A DNA stretch of 63,671 nt, the filler included, from Octopus bimaculoides (taxonomy: Eukaryota): NCBI RefSeq assembly GCF_001194135.2. It is 9 parts of 6 records of this genome, joined end to end, with 100 filler letters (N's around TTAATTAATTAA, not from the genome) between each part and the next. Parts side by side here need not be neighbours in the genome. Positions count along the whole stretch, not along the records: positions 1 to 2,329 come from NC_068983.1; positions 2,430 to 30,494 come from NC_068982.1; 7 more parts are not named here. One strand, written 5' to 3'. The notes beneath the pieces are model-generated. The model saw nothing but the letters and a program-made list of their open reading frames with translations, ran no database searches and had not been told where the DNA came from. Below, one piece after another: positions 1-11,246 of this stretch; the first letter of the stretch is position 1; every line of letters starts with the position of its first letter. Both the position numbers and the translations under genes were made by a program.

Positions 1-255
1 TCCCGGTTGATTTTCGCTCCCGTTACCGCTTCGTAGTCTCTCAGTGTCTCGCCGACAAGCTCGATGTGCTTTTGGCTAGACACTATGACGGTGACGTCGT
101 CCGCGTATGCCGACACGCTCGTCCCGCATCCCAACTCTCGCGGGATGCCCCTCAGCGTCGCCAGCTTCCGCAGTAGTGGCTCGAGAGTCAACACGTACAG
201 AAGCGACGAGAGGGGGCATCCCTGACGGACCGAACGTGCAATGTCGAAGGGTCTT
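1..255 (-). mobile_element. Tx1/L1-clade LINE reverse-transcriptase fragment, 5'-truncated, continues off the window start
   Basis: Minus frame reads RPFDIARSVRQGCPLSSLLYVLTLEPLL...SAYADDVTVIV...YEAVTGAKINR, containing the QGCPLS and YADD RT motifs. It abuts (GATA)n at 256-295. Confidence 0.92.
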
Positions 256-295
<40 letters not shown>

Positions 296-511
296 CAGTT
301 GCGTACAATCTGGAGAAAAAGGCCGAGCACTATTATTAGTGCGTTGTTATTTACTTATATTACTTTGAATGTACGGCTGAAAAATCAGTGGCGGAACTTA
401 TATGTTTGATTCCTAATACACCAGTGAATCTAATATATAGTTTTTAAACATTTACTCTGGATATGTAGGTCGATTGAATTGACCATATCAATCTTGATAG
501 AATAGTATTAA

Positions 512-703
512 TATCGGTTTCAATTTTTCGCACAAGACTAGCAATTTCGGAGATGATGTTAAGTCGTTTACAACGATTCCTGTTCTCGAACGGCTTAAAT
601 ACAGTGTAGACCTCGGCGAAATTTGAAATCGGAACGTAAAGTCCGACGAAACGACGCTAACAATCTTGTCAGGCGTGCTAAAGAATCTGCCAGCTCATTT
701 GCC
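512..703 (-). mobile_element. SINE family B copy, diverged, CpGs retained
   Basis: The reverse complement matches the B head (gagctggcaga..ttagcacgcc) and the ggccttgtgcc-type tail. Confidence 0.65.
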
Positions 704-1543
704 TAACGAACAGTGTTCATATTTTCATTTAAAAAGGTATTCATTCATTCTTATATTTCATGTGCATGAAACCGTACAATCGTACTATTTTTCTGACACT
801 TGTATCCGTCAGGAATTGAACGAGTTAGAAAGTAAAAGATAATAAACATTCGAAAAAATTTAGTGAATCAGTCGCTGTTCATCTCGAAGACATAAGTACG
901 TGTGTGTGTATATATATATATATTGAGTACATTTTAATTTTTCCTTTATATAGATACATTAAAGGGAAAATGTATTGGTTTTGTTTTATATGTTTCAGGT
1001 TTTTGAAAAATCTTAGCAAAGATATATACTAGAATGGAATATGTAGAGAGAAAAGAGCTATTAATAAAATTAAATTCAAATTATAATTAAGATTAACATT
1101 CATAGTTTACATTCCTTTTTTCTGCAAGAGCACGTGGTAATTTCCGTTATCTTTTGTGGCATGACAAGTTGANNNNNNNNNNNNNNNNNNNNNNNNNNNN
1201 NNNNNNNNNNNNNNNNNNNNNNNNNNNNNNNNNNNNNNNNNNNNNNNNNNNNNNNNNNNNNNNNNNNNNNNNNNNNNNNNNNNNNNNNNNNNNNNNNNNN
1301 NNNNNNNNNNNNNNNNNNNNNNNNNNNNNNNNNNNNNNNNNNNNNNNNNNNNNNNNNNNNNNNNNNNNNNNNNNNNNNNNNNNNNNNNNNNNNNNNNNNN
1401 NNNNNNNNNNNNNNNNNNNNNNNNNNNNNNNNNNNNNNNNNNNNNNNNNNNNNNNNNNNNNNNNNNNNNNNNNNNNNNNNNNNNNNNNNNNNNNNNNNNN
1501 NNNNNNNNNNNNNNNNNNNNNNNNNNNNNNNNATATATATATA

Positions 1544-2329
1544 TATAATCATAAATATATAGGGATTAGCAGTAGCCTGCCTCTCCAACATACTGAGAAT
1601 TCAGAAATAGCAGCTAAAGAACTACTGATTCCAAAACTACAATTTTTTCTCTAATTGGTAGCGATATCTATGGTACACACAGAACAAAAAACATAAGAGA
1701 AGAGTAAAAAACAAACCTGCCTTTAGTTAATTGGGTACGACGTTTCACGGTTAAGCGTATGAATTCCCCCATTCCGATCTTCAGCCACAATATTCTAATA
1801 AATTTGCCAATGTCTAAATAACTCACGTTAATTTTGACCATGCGACATCAAGACCACGTGAGGCAGACACTAAGAAATTTATCGGCCAGTGAGTTTAAAA
1901 TCTCTCACCCCAATGAATTTAATTCAGCGTGTGTCATAAATAGTCCGGCATAGAAAAAAGTCCCGTACGACTTGTTGCGCACCTTAGAGATATTACTAAC
2001 AATATAGATATATAGGGCAGGGAATCATCAATTAGTAATAAAATTAATAATTAACAATTTTGCCGGGTAGCGCAGTATGAAAAAAACCTTTATCGGTAAA
2101 ACCATTTATAATCATAAATATATAGGGATTAGCAGTAGCCTGCCTCTCCAACATACTGAGAATTCAGAAATAGCAGCTAAAGAACTACTGATTCCAAAAC
2201 TACAATTTTTTCTCTAATGGATAGCGATATCCATTAGAATATTGTGGCTGAAGATCGGAATGGGGGAATTCATACGCTTAACCGTGAAACGTCGTACCCA
2301 ATTAATTAAAGGCAGGTTTGTTTTTTACT
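1544..2329. repeat. 563-bp-offset direct repeat plus inverted duplication carrying a hammerhead motif (Penelope-like non-autonomous element)
   Basis: 1544-1655 equals 2107-2218. 2233-2329 is the reverse complement of 1703-1799 with one substitution. Both ends abut gaps. Confidence 0.8.
1730..1791 (-). ncRNA. minimal type I hammerhead ribozyme candidate (second copy on + at 2241-2302)
   Basis: AUUG(U)GG-CUGAAGA-U-CGG..CCG-U-GAA-AC(GUC)GU-A-CCCAAU. Stem I is 6 bp with one bulge; stems II and III are short. Confidence 0.5.
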
Positions 2330-3129
2330 NNNNNNNNNNNNNNNNNNNNNNNNNNNNNNNNNNNNNNNNNNNNTTAATTAATTAANNNNNNNNNNNNNNN
2401 NNNNNNNNNNNNNNNNNNNNNNNNNNNNNAAAAGTTCTTTCTAAGACAGGAGAGTGAAAAAGGGAGGTGAATATGTGTGCATGCGCGAGGGTCTGCAAGT
2501 GTGTGTAATAACAGAACGTGTGTGTGCATATGTATGTGTGTGTGTGTGTGTGTGTGTGGTTTGGTGGTTTATCTGTTAGTGTGTATGTGTGTGTGTGTGT
2601 GACTTAGTGGAAGGAATTAGTAGCAAGAATAATTAGGAGGTGCTTATCTGTGTGTGTTTGTTTTAATAAGTGGGTTCTGCAATCATGTGGAATTGATCAT
2701 GCAGCCATGGATTGTGTCACTTTGGGTCTAGGCAAATGTCTTGTACCATAGATTCAGGTTGACCACTGTATTGTGAATGAAATTTGGCAGACGGAAATTG
2801 TGTGTGTGTGTGTGTGTGAGTGAGTACACACACACAAAACCATACCATATCAACAGTCTTTACAAAAATAGATCAATAATATAATTATATCAACACTGAA
2901 TCATAATCAGACATGTCTATTTGATTATTCCTTATTGTTTTGATAACACTATATCTGACCATCTTGTTAGCATAAGAGACATCTGTGTTGTCCCATAGAT
3001 CAGAGCTTAAAACAATGGTGACTCAATTCTTAAGTCTGTAAATACTTGTCCAAGGTTGAAGAATTACTAAGCTCAAGATTAGTGAAGGTGGGTGACTGTG
3101 GTAAAAATGGCTAGAGTAAAGTCAGTTAT

Positions 3130-3372
3130 CATGTCAAGTCATGCTGACTCACAAGGGCCACTTTACAGGTTTCCATAGCGTATAAATTCCCCACCTGGAC
3201 AGGATGCCAGTCCATTGCAGGATTACTCATTTTTGCTAGCTGAGTGGACTGGAGTAATGTGAAATGAAGTGTTTTGCTCAAGAACCACAATGCGTCGCCT
3301 GATCCAGGAATCGAAACCACAATTTTATGATCATGAGTCCAACTCCCTAACCATTTAGCCATGTGCCCCGCA
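3130..3372 (-). mobile_element. SINE family C copy (tRNA-derived)
   Basis: The reverse complement starts ggcacatggctaaatggttagg...ggtttcgattcc (A/B boxes), followed by the cttgagcaaaacact core. It is homologous to 62259-62530. Confidence 0.8.
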
Positions 3373-4063
3373 AATGGCCAGAGTGAATGGAACTATTCAG
3401 AAGATTGAAAAAACAATGGTTCAATGAAGGTTCTTCCAATTGATGGTCAAGGTACTCTTGGATCTGCAGGGATCCTTGACTGACTCTAACTGGAAGTCCT
3501 CCTGAGAACCATGTATTTATATACTTGTATACTATGTATACTTTGTATTGCACTTTTCTTTTTTTTTCTTCTTCTTCTTCCTCACCTGAGTTTAAGTCAG
3601 GGGCCCTGTCCATGTAAACTGTAACCTATCTCAGTAATGTCCTCTTCACTGACACCCTTATGTCTAATAAAAGAAATCATTCTTGTTGTCATTGTTGTTG
3701 CTGGTGGTGGTAGTAATAGTAGTTGTAGTAGTAGTAGTAGTAGTAGTAACAGTGGCAGTGGTGGTGATAGTAGTAGTAGTGGTGGTGGTGGTGGCGGGGG
3801 GGGGGCAGTAGCACACATGAATAAAATAACAAAGTTGATTGGAAAATAGATCTGAATAGCTGACACAAATATATTTACATAGCAACATTACATGCACAAT
3901 ATAATACAAGAAAAAAAAATCAGGTAANNNNNNNNNNNNNNNNNNNNNNNNNNNNNNNNNNNNNNNNNNNNNNNNNNNNNNNNNNNNNNNNGAAAAAAAC
4001 AAATAACTCAAATGAAAACAAATGATAGGATTTGAAACACAACACTGTATGGATGTACTAAAT

Positions 4064-4123
<60 letters not shown>

Positions 4124-4619
4124 CACACATACACAGGCCATAACCAAAATCACTTATGCTGCCATTATTATTATCAGCCTTTACAAGTCAAGAAGAAAAA
4201 TCAGCATTTACACTTCAAGAAGAAAACATCTATGAAGTCACATGAACTGCTAAAAATGATAGTCAAATTTCTCTGAAGTCACACATGACCTTTTAGAAAG
4301 TGAGAAAAATTATCTACAGGATAGAACAGACCTTTGGACATACTATGGATGGAAAAAATGAATAAAATGATGGCTGGAATGCCTTTGGTGACATTTCTGT
4401 TTGATCTGAACTGTTTAGCAACAACAATCATTCTAACAACAACATAACTATCAGCATCTCCTATGCCACCACCACTATCCTCATGATAGCTACAGTCACA
4501 ACAATGACTAGCATTGAAGGTTTCATGTGTTGTTTAAGATCAGAAAGGGTGAAACACAAGGTATGCATTTCCTTGCATGTGTTGTGACTAGCTTAGTGTT
4601 CATCAACATCATCATTAAT

Positions 4620-4990
4620 TTAACATCCAATTTTCTATGCCAGCATAGGTCAGACAGGACTCATTGAGGTGAATTTTCTATGGCCAGATGCCCTTCCAAT
4701 CATCAACCCTCACCTATTTCTGAGAAAGCTACTATTTTTTGCATGGCCACACATGTTCTCACAAAATATTGGAAATGAATGACACTGCTTGCATGACAGT
4801 GACACTTGTTTACAATTATCAGGTGATGCTAAGATAAGAAGACACACACACACACACACACATGGTGGGCTTCTTTCAGTTTCTATTTACCAAATTCATT
4901 AGCAAGGCTTTGCATGGTTTGGGGCTATAGTAGAAGACACTTGACCAAGGTTGGAACTGAACTCAAAACCATGTAGTGTTATTGAAAGAA
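4620..4990 (-). mobile_element. degenerate SINE family A copy with RTE-type ggatgcccttcc segment
   Basis: gggcttctttcagtttc...ctatagtagaagacacttg motifs are shared with the intact A copy at 45340-45739. Confidence 0.65.
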
Positions 4991-5311
4991 ATAAGCTTGT
5001 CATGTCCCATCAGAGAATACATTTGCTCACATGGAGGAAGAGTAAGTTTGACATGAAGTATCTATGTTACATGTTTATCCTGGCTGCATGTAGAAGTAAA
5101 GAGAGGAATCAGTTGTTGAAGGTGACAACATGGAGGCCATTTACGTACTGAAGGAAGAGGATGGGTGCCATCAACAAGAGTTAAAGCATACCAGAGGCAT
5201 GTGGGGCAGAACAAGACCTAACAGTAGAAACAGCAAGGATGCAATCCGACAAAAACTTTTCAACCTTTATGACAAGAGATAAATAGTAGAGCCCTTAAAT
5301 TAATCAAATTA

Positions 5312-5344
<33 letters not shown>

Positions 5345-6019
5345 ACCCTACTGTCTGAAAATGGAAGGACACACTGATTAATGTAGCGCTAGGTATACTA
5401 CGTCTGAATAAAAGATGGAATGGTCACAGTTAAGGAGCTTTTGATCTTAAAGTCTGCTTGATAAAGGCTGACATGGGTTAAACAAATATGCATGAAGATA
5501 TAATGATTATATGAAGGAGAAATCCAAATGTGACTGAGTACTCAGGTTGAACTCAACCAAACTCCTTAAAAATATTCAGAGATGTTAATTCTACAAAGAA
5601 TCTGCTGAATTCACTTTGTCTAATTTCATTACAATCTCACCCTAAATCCATGGATCATAATCAGATTATCACACACTACTTGATGGAACATGTCCACATT
5701 ATCTCACACTAAGCAATGGGATACTTCCAGATTACCCCACTGTTTTTCATATAACATACCCAGATTATCACACAGCATACGATGTAATATATATGTATCA
5801 TCACACATGCTCTCTACGTGATATATATATATATATTTATCCTGAGTCATACAGATTCTAAACACATGTTCTGTCGCATTGCACTCCATAACAATATTCT
5901 CTAATAGCAACAAAAGATGCTGGATTTATACAATATTCTACAGAATGAACTCAGACAACACCACCACCTTCATCACTGTCTACTACACTACCACCACTAA
6001 CACCATCACTACCAACATT

Positions 6020-6580
6020 ACTGTAGTGGGTGCTTTTTATGTGCCACCAGTACGAGGGCCAGTCAGGCATTACTGGCATCGACCACACTTGAATAGTGCT
6101 TTTTACATGCCACCAGTACAGAAGCCAGACAGGTGGCACTGGCAATGACCTTGCTTGAATGGTGTTTCTTACGTGCCACTAGCATGGGACCAGTCAGCTG
6201 GCATTGGCACTGACCACGCTCAAATGTTGCTTTTTACATGCCACCAGCACGGTTGCCAATCAGGTGGTACTGGCATCAGCCACGACAATGACTTCACTTG
6301 ACTCAACAGGTCTTCGCAAGCACAGCATATTGCCCAATGATTACAGGGTACTCTTAAATGGGCCAGTTATGCTGCACTGGCATAGGCCCTGGTTACGGTC
6401 TCACTTGGCTTGCCGGGTCTTCTCAAGCACGGCATATCGCCAAAGGTCTCGGTCATTGAACATTCATATTTCATGCTGGCATCAGCTAGACAGTTTGATA
6501 GGATCTGATGGGCTCAAGGACTGCATTGTGCACCAGTGTCTGTTTTGACATGGTTTCTACAGCTGGATTCCCTTCCTAAC
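6020..6580. repeat. dispersed repeat with internal ~60-bp imperfect tandem units (gtgctttttacatgccaccagtac)
   Basis: The unit recurs near 6027, 6095, 6160 and 6225, and the repeat ends in the ctacagctggat(g)cccttcctaac motif. Confidence 0.6.
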
Positions 6581-7499
6581 ACCAAAGTACTATATGGTAC
6601 TATATTTTACCGACCCTGATAAAATGAAAGGCAAAGTTGACCTTGGTAGGATATGAACTCAGAATATAAAGAGCTAAAAAAAAGAAATGTCATGAAGTAT
6701 TTTTTTCCCCAAAGATCTGCTAATTCCACCATCTTGAATAATAATACATTTGTAGCCGTATCATCTTCATTAATATCAGGATAGTGTGGTCTGATAGTGC
6801 ATCATTGCAGAACTTTTATTACAAGAGAATACAATGCCTTAACATTTGCAGAACAGAAACTGACCTTCAATTTATAAAACTGGCATTTGTGGAACCATGT
6901 TGGGTTGAGTGAAGAAGAAAGGGGAAAAATCAGTTAAATTTGGCAAGATATTTATTAGGCAGCAGATAATAATAATAACAATAATAATGTGCCATTGTAA
7001 TTTGGAAAAGGAGGCATGTTTTAGTTGAATTTTGTTTGAATAAAAGCATGTTTTCATTTCCTAATGATATCCTTGACACAGTTTTATCTGATGTCAAAAG
7101 ACCTTTCATTGTCGTTAGTATCTATCTAAGAATGATCTCTGGGAGATGATAGTTCTGTTCTCCATTTACATGTAACATTGCATTTCCTGGCAAATCTTTT
7201 AACCATATTATATTTCTGGCTTCTGGACAAACATGGCATGGAGACAGACAATGCAGAATTGATTCTGTCTGACACTGCTTTTGGTTACCATTCTGGTAAT
7301 GGCCTTAACAGATGGTAGTCTTAAAGAACCAGAGAGTTTGTGATAAATATAAGCTTTTTAGAAACCTGTAACATGGGGGAAGAGTGAGGAAGCAATAGTC
7401 AGAACAGAGCTGACAATATTTTTCAAAGAGGTCTCATATTTGGGCTGGGCAAAGTTCAGACAGCTTCTACCTTTGTTGGTTACTAAAGATCTCTCCCTA

Positions 7500-8100
7500 A
7501 GAGTGAAAGACAGATTGTATGATGCGTGTGTATGTATAGCTATGCTACATGGCAGTCACATGGGCTTTGGTTACAAAGAACATATAAAGGTTTGAAAGAA
7601 ATGAAGCTAGCATGTTCCGCTGGATGGGAAATGTCTGTGCACATATGACAGAGGGCAAACGATTTAAGAGGAAAACTGGGTATAAGAGGCATCAGATGTG
7701 TGCAAGTGCGAGCTAGCAGAAACGTTAGCACGTCGGGTGAAATGCTTAGCGGTATTTCGTCTGCCGTTACGTTCTGAGTTCAAATTCCGCCGAGGTCGAC
7801 TTTGCCTTTCATCCTTTCGGGGTCGATAAATTAAGTACCAGTTACGCACTGGGGTCGATGTAATCGACTTAATTCTGTTATCTGCCCTTGTTTGTCCCCT
7901 CTATGTTTAGCCCCTTGTGGGCAATAAAGAGACAAGATGTGTGCAAGTGCAAAGACTGTGCTGGTTTGGTCATGTGATGCATATGGATGAGGACAGCTGT
8001 ATAAAGAAATGCCGGGCTCTAATTGTGGAGGGAACCTGTGGAAGAGTTCCAAGAAGACATGGGATGAAGTGGTGAGAAAGGATCTTCAGATGCTGAAAAG
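7500..8100 (+). mobile_element. RTE-clade LINE C-terminal fragment split by a SINE-B insertion
   Basis: After removing 7710-7950 it reads LRGKLGIRGIRCVQVQRLCWFGHVMHMDEDSCIKKCRALIVEGTCGR..KTWDEVVRKDL, the RTE 'RLRWFGHV' region. Confidence 0.8.
7710..7934 (+). mobile_element. young SINE-B, long-tail variant, with 16-bp target-site duplication
   Basis: TSD agatgtgtgcaagtgc at 7694-7709 and 7935-7950. It has a tRNA-like head, a gtcgactttgcctttcatcctttcggggtcgataaa core, and its CpGs are intact. Confidence 0.92.
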
Positions 8101-9298
8101 ATGAAAGGCAAAGTCAACTTCAGAAGAATTTGAAGTCAAAATAAGTAGAAAAAATGCTGCATGGCATTTTTTCCAACATTCTAACAATTCTGCCAGCTTG
8201 ATGCCCTAGTACAACTAATAATAATTGATATTTATTTATTTGAATTTAGTCAGATATTTTTTCCTCAACACTCAAAAGATTTTTACATATTAAACAGGCC
8301 ATGATATATAATGGGAAGGAATTCATAATTGTCTGGCAAAAATTAACTGAAAATAGATCTGAAATCAAACTAAATTTTTTATGAAGAAACAACTTGCATC
8401 TGTACATCAGGAAATGGTAATGAACCTCTCAGAAATGTATTGCATTAAATATTTCGGAAAAGTTGACATCATGCAGTGAACAAGTCAGTGGGATTGTAGC
8501 AATGGTGGAAACTGCCGTTGCTGCTGCTGCTGATGATGATAGTGATGGCAACAACAATATTGATGTCACTACTACCACTGATGATGATAATGACAATGTA
8601 TATGATGTTGAAAAGTCGATGATGATGATGAGAATTCAGTTGATGATGATGATGGTGATGATGTTACTACTGATAATAGTGAAGCTGATAAAGCATATAA
8701 TTCATTCATTGATAGGATTTTCTCATAGGACCACCAAACTACTTCCTTTCCAATCAGTTTGGAAGTTTGCCACATTATTGCACACTTTCCCGCTTTTCTT
8801 TCTCTCTCTCTCTCTGTACCAGAGCACAAACACACTGCCAATAGTGAAATATGAACTCACAACTCTTTACCTGACATTTCAACAATTAATTAATCATCTC
8901 AGCCCACCCACTTCCCACCAAATCATTGCAACTCCAGAACAGTGTAAAGTATATATAACTAGAGATATACAAGATTTGGAATACACGACAATTAAGAATG
9001 AAGAGATTTTTGGCTGTATGATGCCACTTGTGGAGATGTCCAAGGACATATTCCTGGCTCTAGCTTACTGGAAAGTGATTAAAGCTTGTATTTAGAAGAA
9101 GTAAGAAACATGATTCTGATCATGTAATAGTTGTTAGTAGTTAATCAGGAAATCATGCCAAGACTTGTCAAGTCAAGAGTGACACAGTGAGGAAGAAGTT
9201 GATGTAAAAGAAGATTAAATAGCTGTGTTTGTACTGATCTTTGTTCATTCTTTATAAAGATTAAGTTTGAAGAATTGTTGTTTTCACAATGGGTTCAG

Positions 9299-9365
<67 letters not shown>

Positions 9366-9382
9366 TATTATAATAATAATAA

Positions 9383-9805
9383 TGCTTGTCAGTTGTTTGA
9401 CCTTAACCAGTTGAGCATGTCCCTTGATGACTGATGATATGTGCATCTCTGATCATGAGCAGAAGTAGTGGGGGAGCATCATAGCCATGTGTTGAGAGGA
9501 ATTCTTTGGGGTTTGAATAATTCACCTTTGGAAATGTGGGTGTTTCATTCAACATCCTTAAACAAACCTTATTCAGGAACCTTTTGAGCGGGATGGGCTA
9601 CCCGACTTGAAAAAAATTCTAACTCTCCCCCCACCTGCAAAGTCATGCGCTGTTTATCTTGATGTGAGATCACCATGTCGCGCACATATGGTTGTGATGC
9701 ATGTGCCTGGTGTACCCTTATCAGACAGGTAGTCATGATGGGTATACTGGGCTTTGTATATTTTACCCCAGTGTCACTTTGATGGCATGCACTGCTCTCT
9801 CACTC
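9383..9805 (+). mobile_element. non-coding element 'X' embedded in (AAT)n, 5'-truncated
   Basis: It is flanked by (AAT)n at ~9300-9382 and 9806-9829, and is homologous to the minus-strand copy at 37720-37939. Confidence 0.7.
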
Positions 9806-9829
9806 AATAATAATAATAATAATAATAAT

Positions 9830-10662
9830 CCTTTTTACTATAGGCACAAGGTCTGAAATTGGGGGAGGAGGACAGTTGATTACATCGACCCCAGTAGTTC
9901 ATTGGTACTTAATTTATGACCCAAAAGGATTAAAGGCAAAGTCAGCCTCAGCGGAATTTGAACACAGAACATAAATAAAGACAGATGAAATGCTGCTAAG
10001 CATTTTGCCTGGCATGCTAATGATTCTGACAGCTTGCTGCCTTAATAATAATCCTTTTTACTGTAGGCACAAGGCCTGAAATTGGGGAGGAGGGGTTAAG
10101 TTGATTACATCAAGTGATAACATGAATGGTGATGCAATCCTGTTAGAGGGAGAAATTCCAACTAAGACCAATCAAAGGACTCTGCAGGCACATGCTTAGA
10201 GTAGGGCCATTCACCCATCTTTTCACTAACTCAGCAGGAGGTAACACTTCCCTCTCTACTTCCACTCTTCTTTCCATGTGGAACTTAAAAAAGTCAATGA
10301 GAGTTTGAGTGAAGAGGAAGGTGTCTTTCCTCAATTTTTTCAGCCTTGTCCACCACATATCCTCTTTTGCCATGCCCACTAGGCGAAGGAACACTGCCTG
10401 TCCTGCCTTGTTAAAGGTGGATGGTGGGGTGAGTAATGATAATAATAATTCTTTCTACTATAGGCACAAGGCCGAAGATTGTGGGAGAGTGGGTGGTCAA
10501 TCACACTGATCCCAGTGCTCAATTGGTTCTTATTTTAATAACCTCAAAAAGATTTAAGGCAAAGTTAGCCTCAATGAAATTTGAACTCAGAATGTAAAGC
10601 TGGAAGAACTGTCACAAAGCAATTTGTCTGGTGGACTTCTGATTCTGTCAGCTCTACCTTAA

Positions 10663-10700
<38 letters not shown>

Positions 10701-11020
10701 ATAATAATAATAATAATGATAATAATAATAATAATAATCCTTTCTACTCTATGCACAAGGCCAGGAATTTGTGGGATAGGGGATACTTGACTACATCGAC
10801 TCCAGTGCTTGACTGGTACTTAATTTATTGACCTCAAAAGGATGAAAGGCAAAGCCAACCTCGGTAGAATCTTAATAATAACAATCCTTTATATTAAAGG
10901 CAAAAGGCCTGAAATTTGGTGGGAGGGGACCAGTCGATTACATTGACTCTAGTGTTATACTGGTACTTAATTTATTGACCCCAAAAGGATGAAAGGTAAA
11001 GTTGACCTCGGTGAAATCTT
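9830..11020 (-). mobile_element. cluster of SINE-B copies (about 9830-10045, 10050-10110, 10445-10670, 10740-10870, 10880-11020)
   Basis: Repeated aataatcctttctactataggcacaaggcctgaaatt...gatgaaaggcaaag units. Confidence 0.85.
10150..10432 (-). mobile_element. Tx1-like LINE ORF2 C-terminal fragment (diverged subfamily)
   Basis: PPSTFNKAGQAVFLRLVGMAKEDMWWTRLK...LIDFFKFHMERRVEVEREVL...KRWVN aligns with the C-terminus at ~41200-41476 (PPPSLNRKGKAV..KECAWWARAK..LVNFFKYHLKRKV..KRWVN). Confidence 0.8.
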
Positions 11021-11034
11021 AATAATAATACAAC

Positions 11035-11246
11035 ACATTACACACTCAACACACAATACAAACTGTAAATACAACAAAAGGCTGCACCACATCCCAAAAG
11101 AAAAAAAAAGTGATGCAATACAATATTGGAAAGAGTTTGCACCCTCCCAACAACAGAAAGAACACACAATGCTGCACACACCCCAGGAACACAGAGGTGT
11201 AGTAGGTGATGCAGTAGAAATTTCCCTGAAACTACCAAATGTTGAA
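11035..11246 (+). mobile_element. 3' UTR fragment of an R4/Dong-like LINE
   Basis: It is a reverse-complement match to 38018-38170 (gatgcaatacaat...gcagtagaaat...caaatgttg), ending in an (AAC)n/AAT tail. Confidence 0.8.

Noticed and set aside
76-330. ORF-track entries across the window (poly-I, poly-K, HT/VC repeats, X-filled ORFs)
   Set aside because: They are translations of microsatellites, N gaps or wrong frames of transposons.
999-1070. Strong acceptor tttcag| followed by a short frame and AATAAA
   Set aside because: At most 11 codons, with no partner exon or homology.
2374-2385. Recurrent TTAATTAATTAA motif as spaced repeats (CRISPR-like or regulatory)
   Set aside because: It is always embedded in N runs, so it is a scaffolding spacer.
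8296-8417. Exon-like AMIYNGKEFIIVWQKLTENRSEIKLNF segment
   Set aside because: There is an in-frame TGA before the donor; it would need an unsupported frameshift.
8463-9095. 210-aa ORF
   Set aside because: It is built from GAT/CT microsatellites and low-complexity sequence, with no domain.
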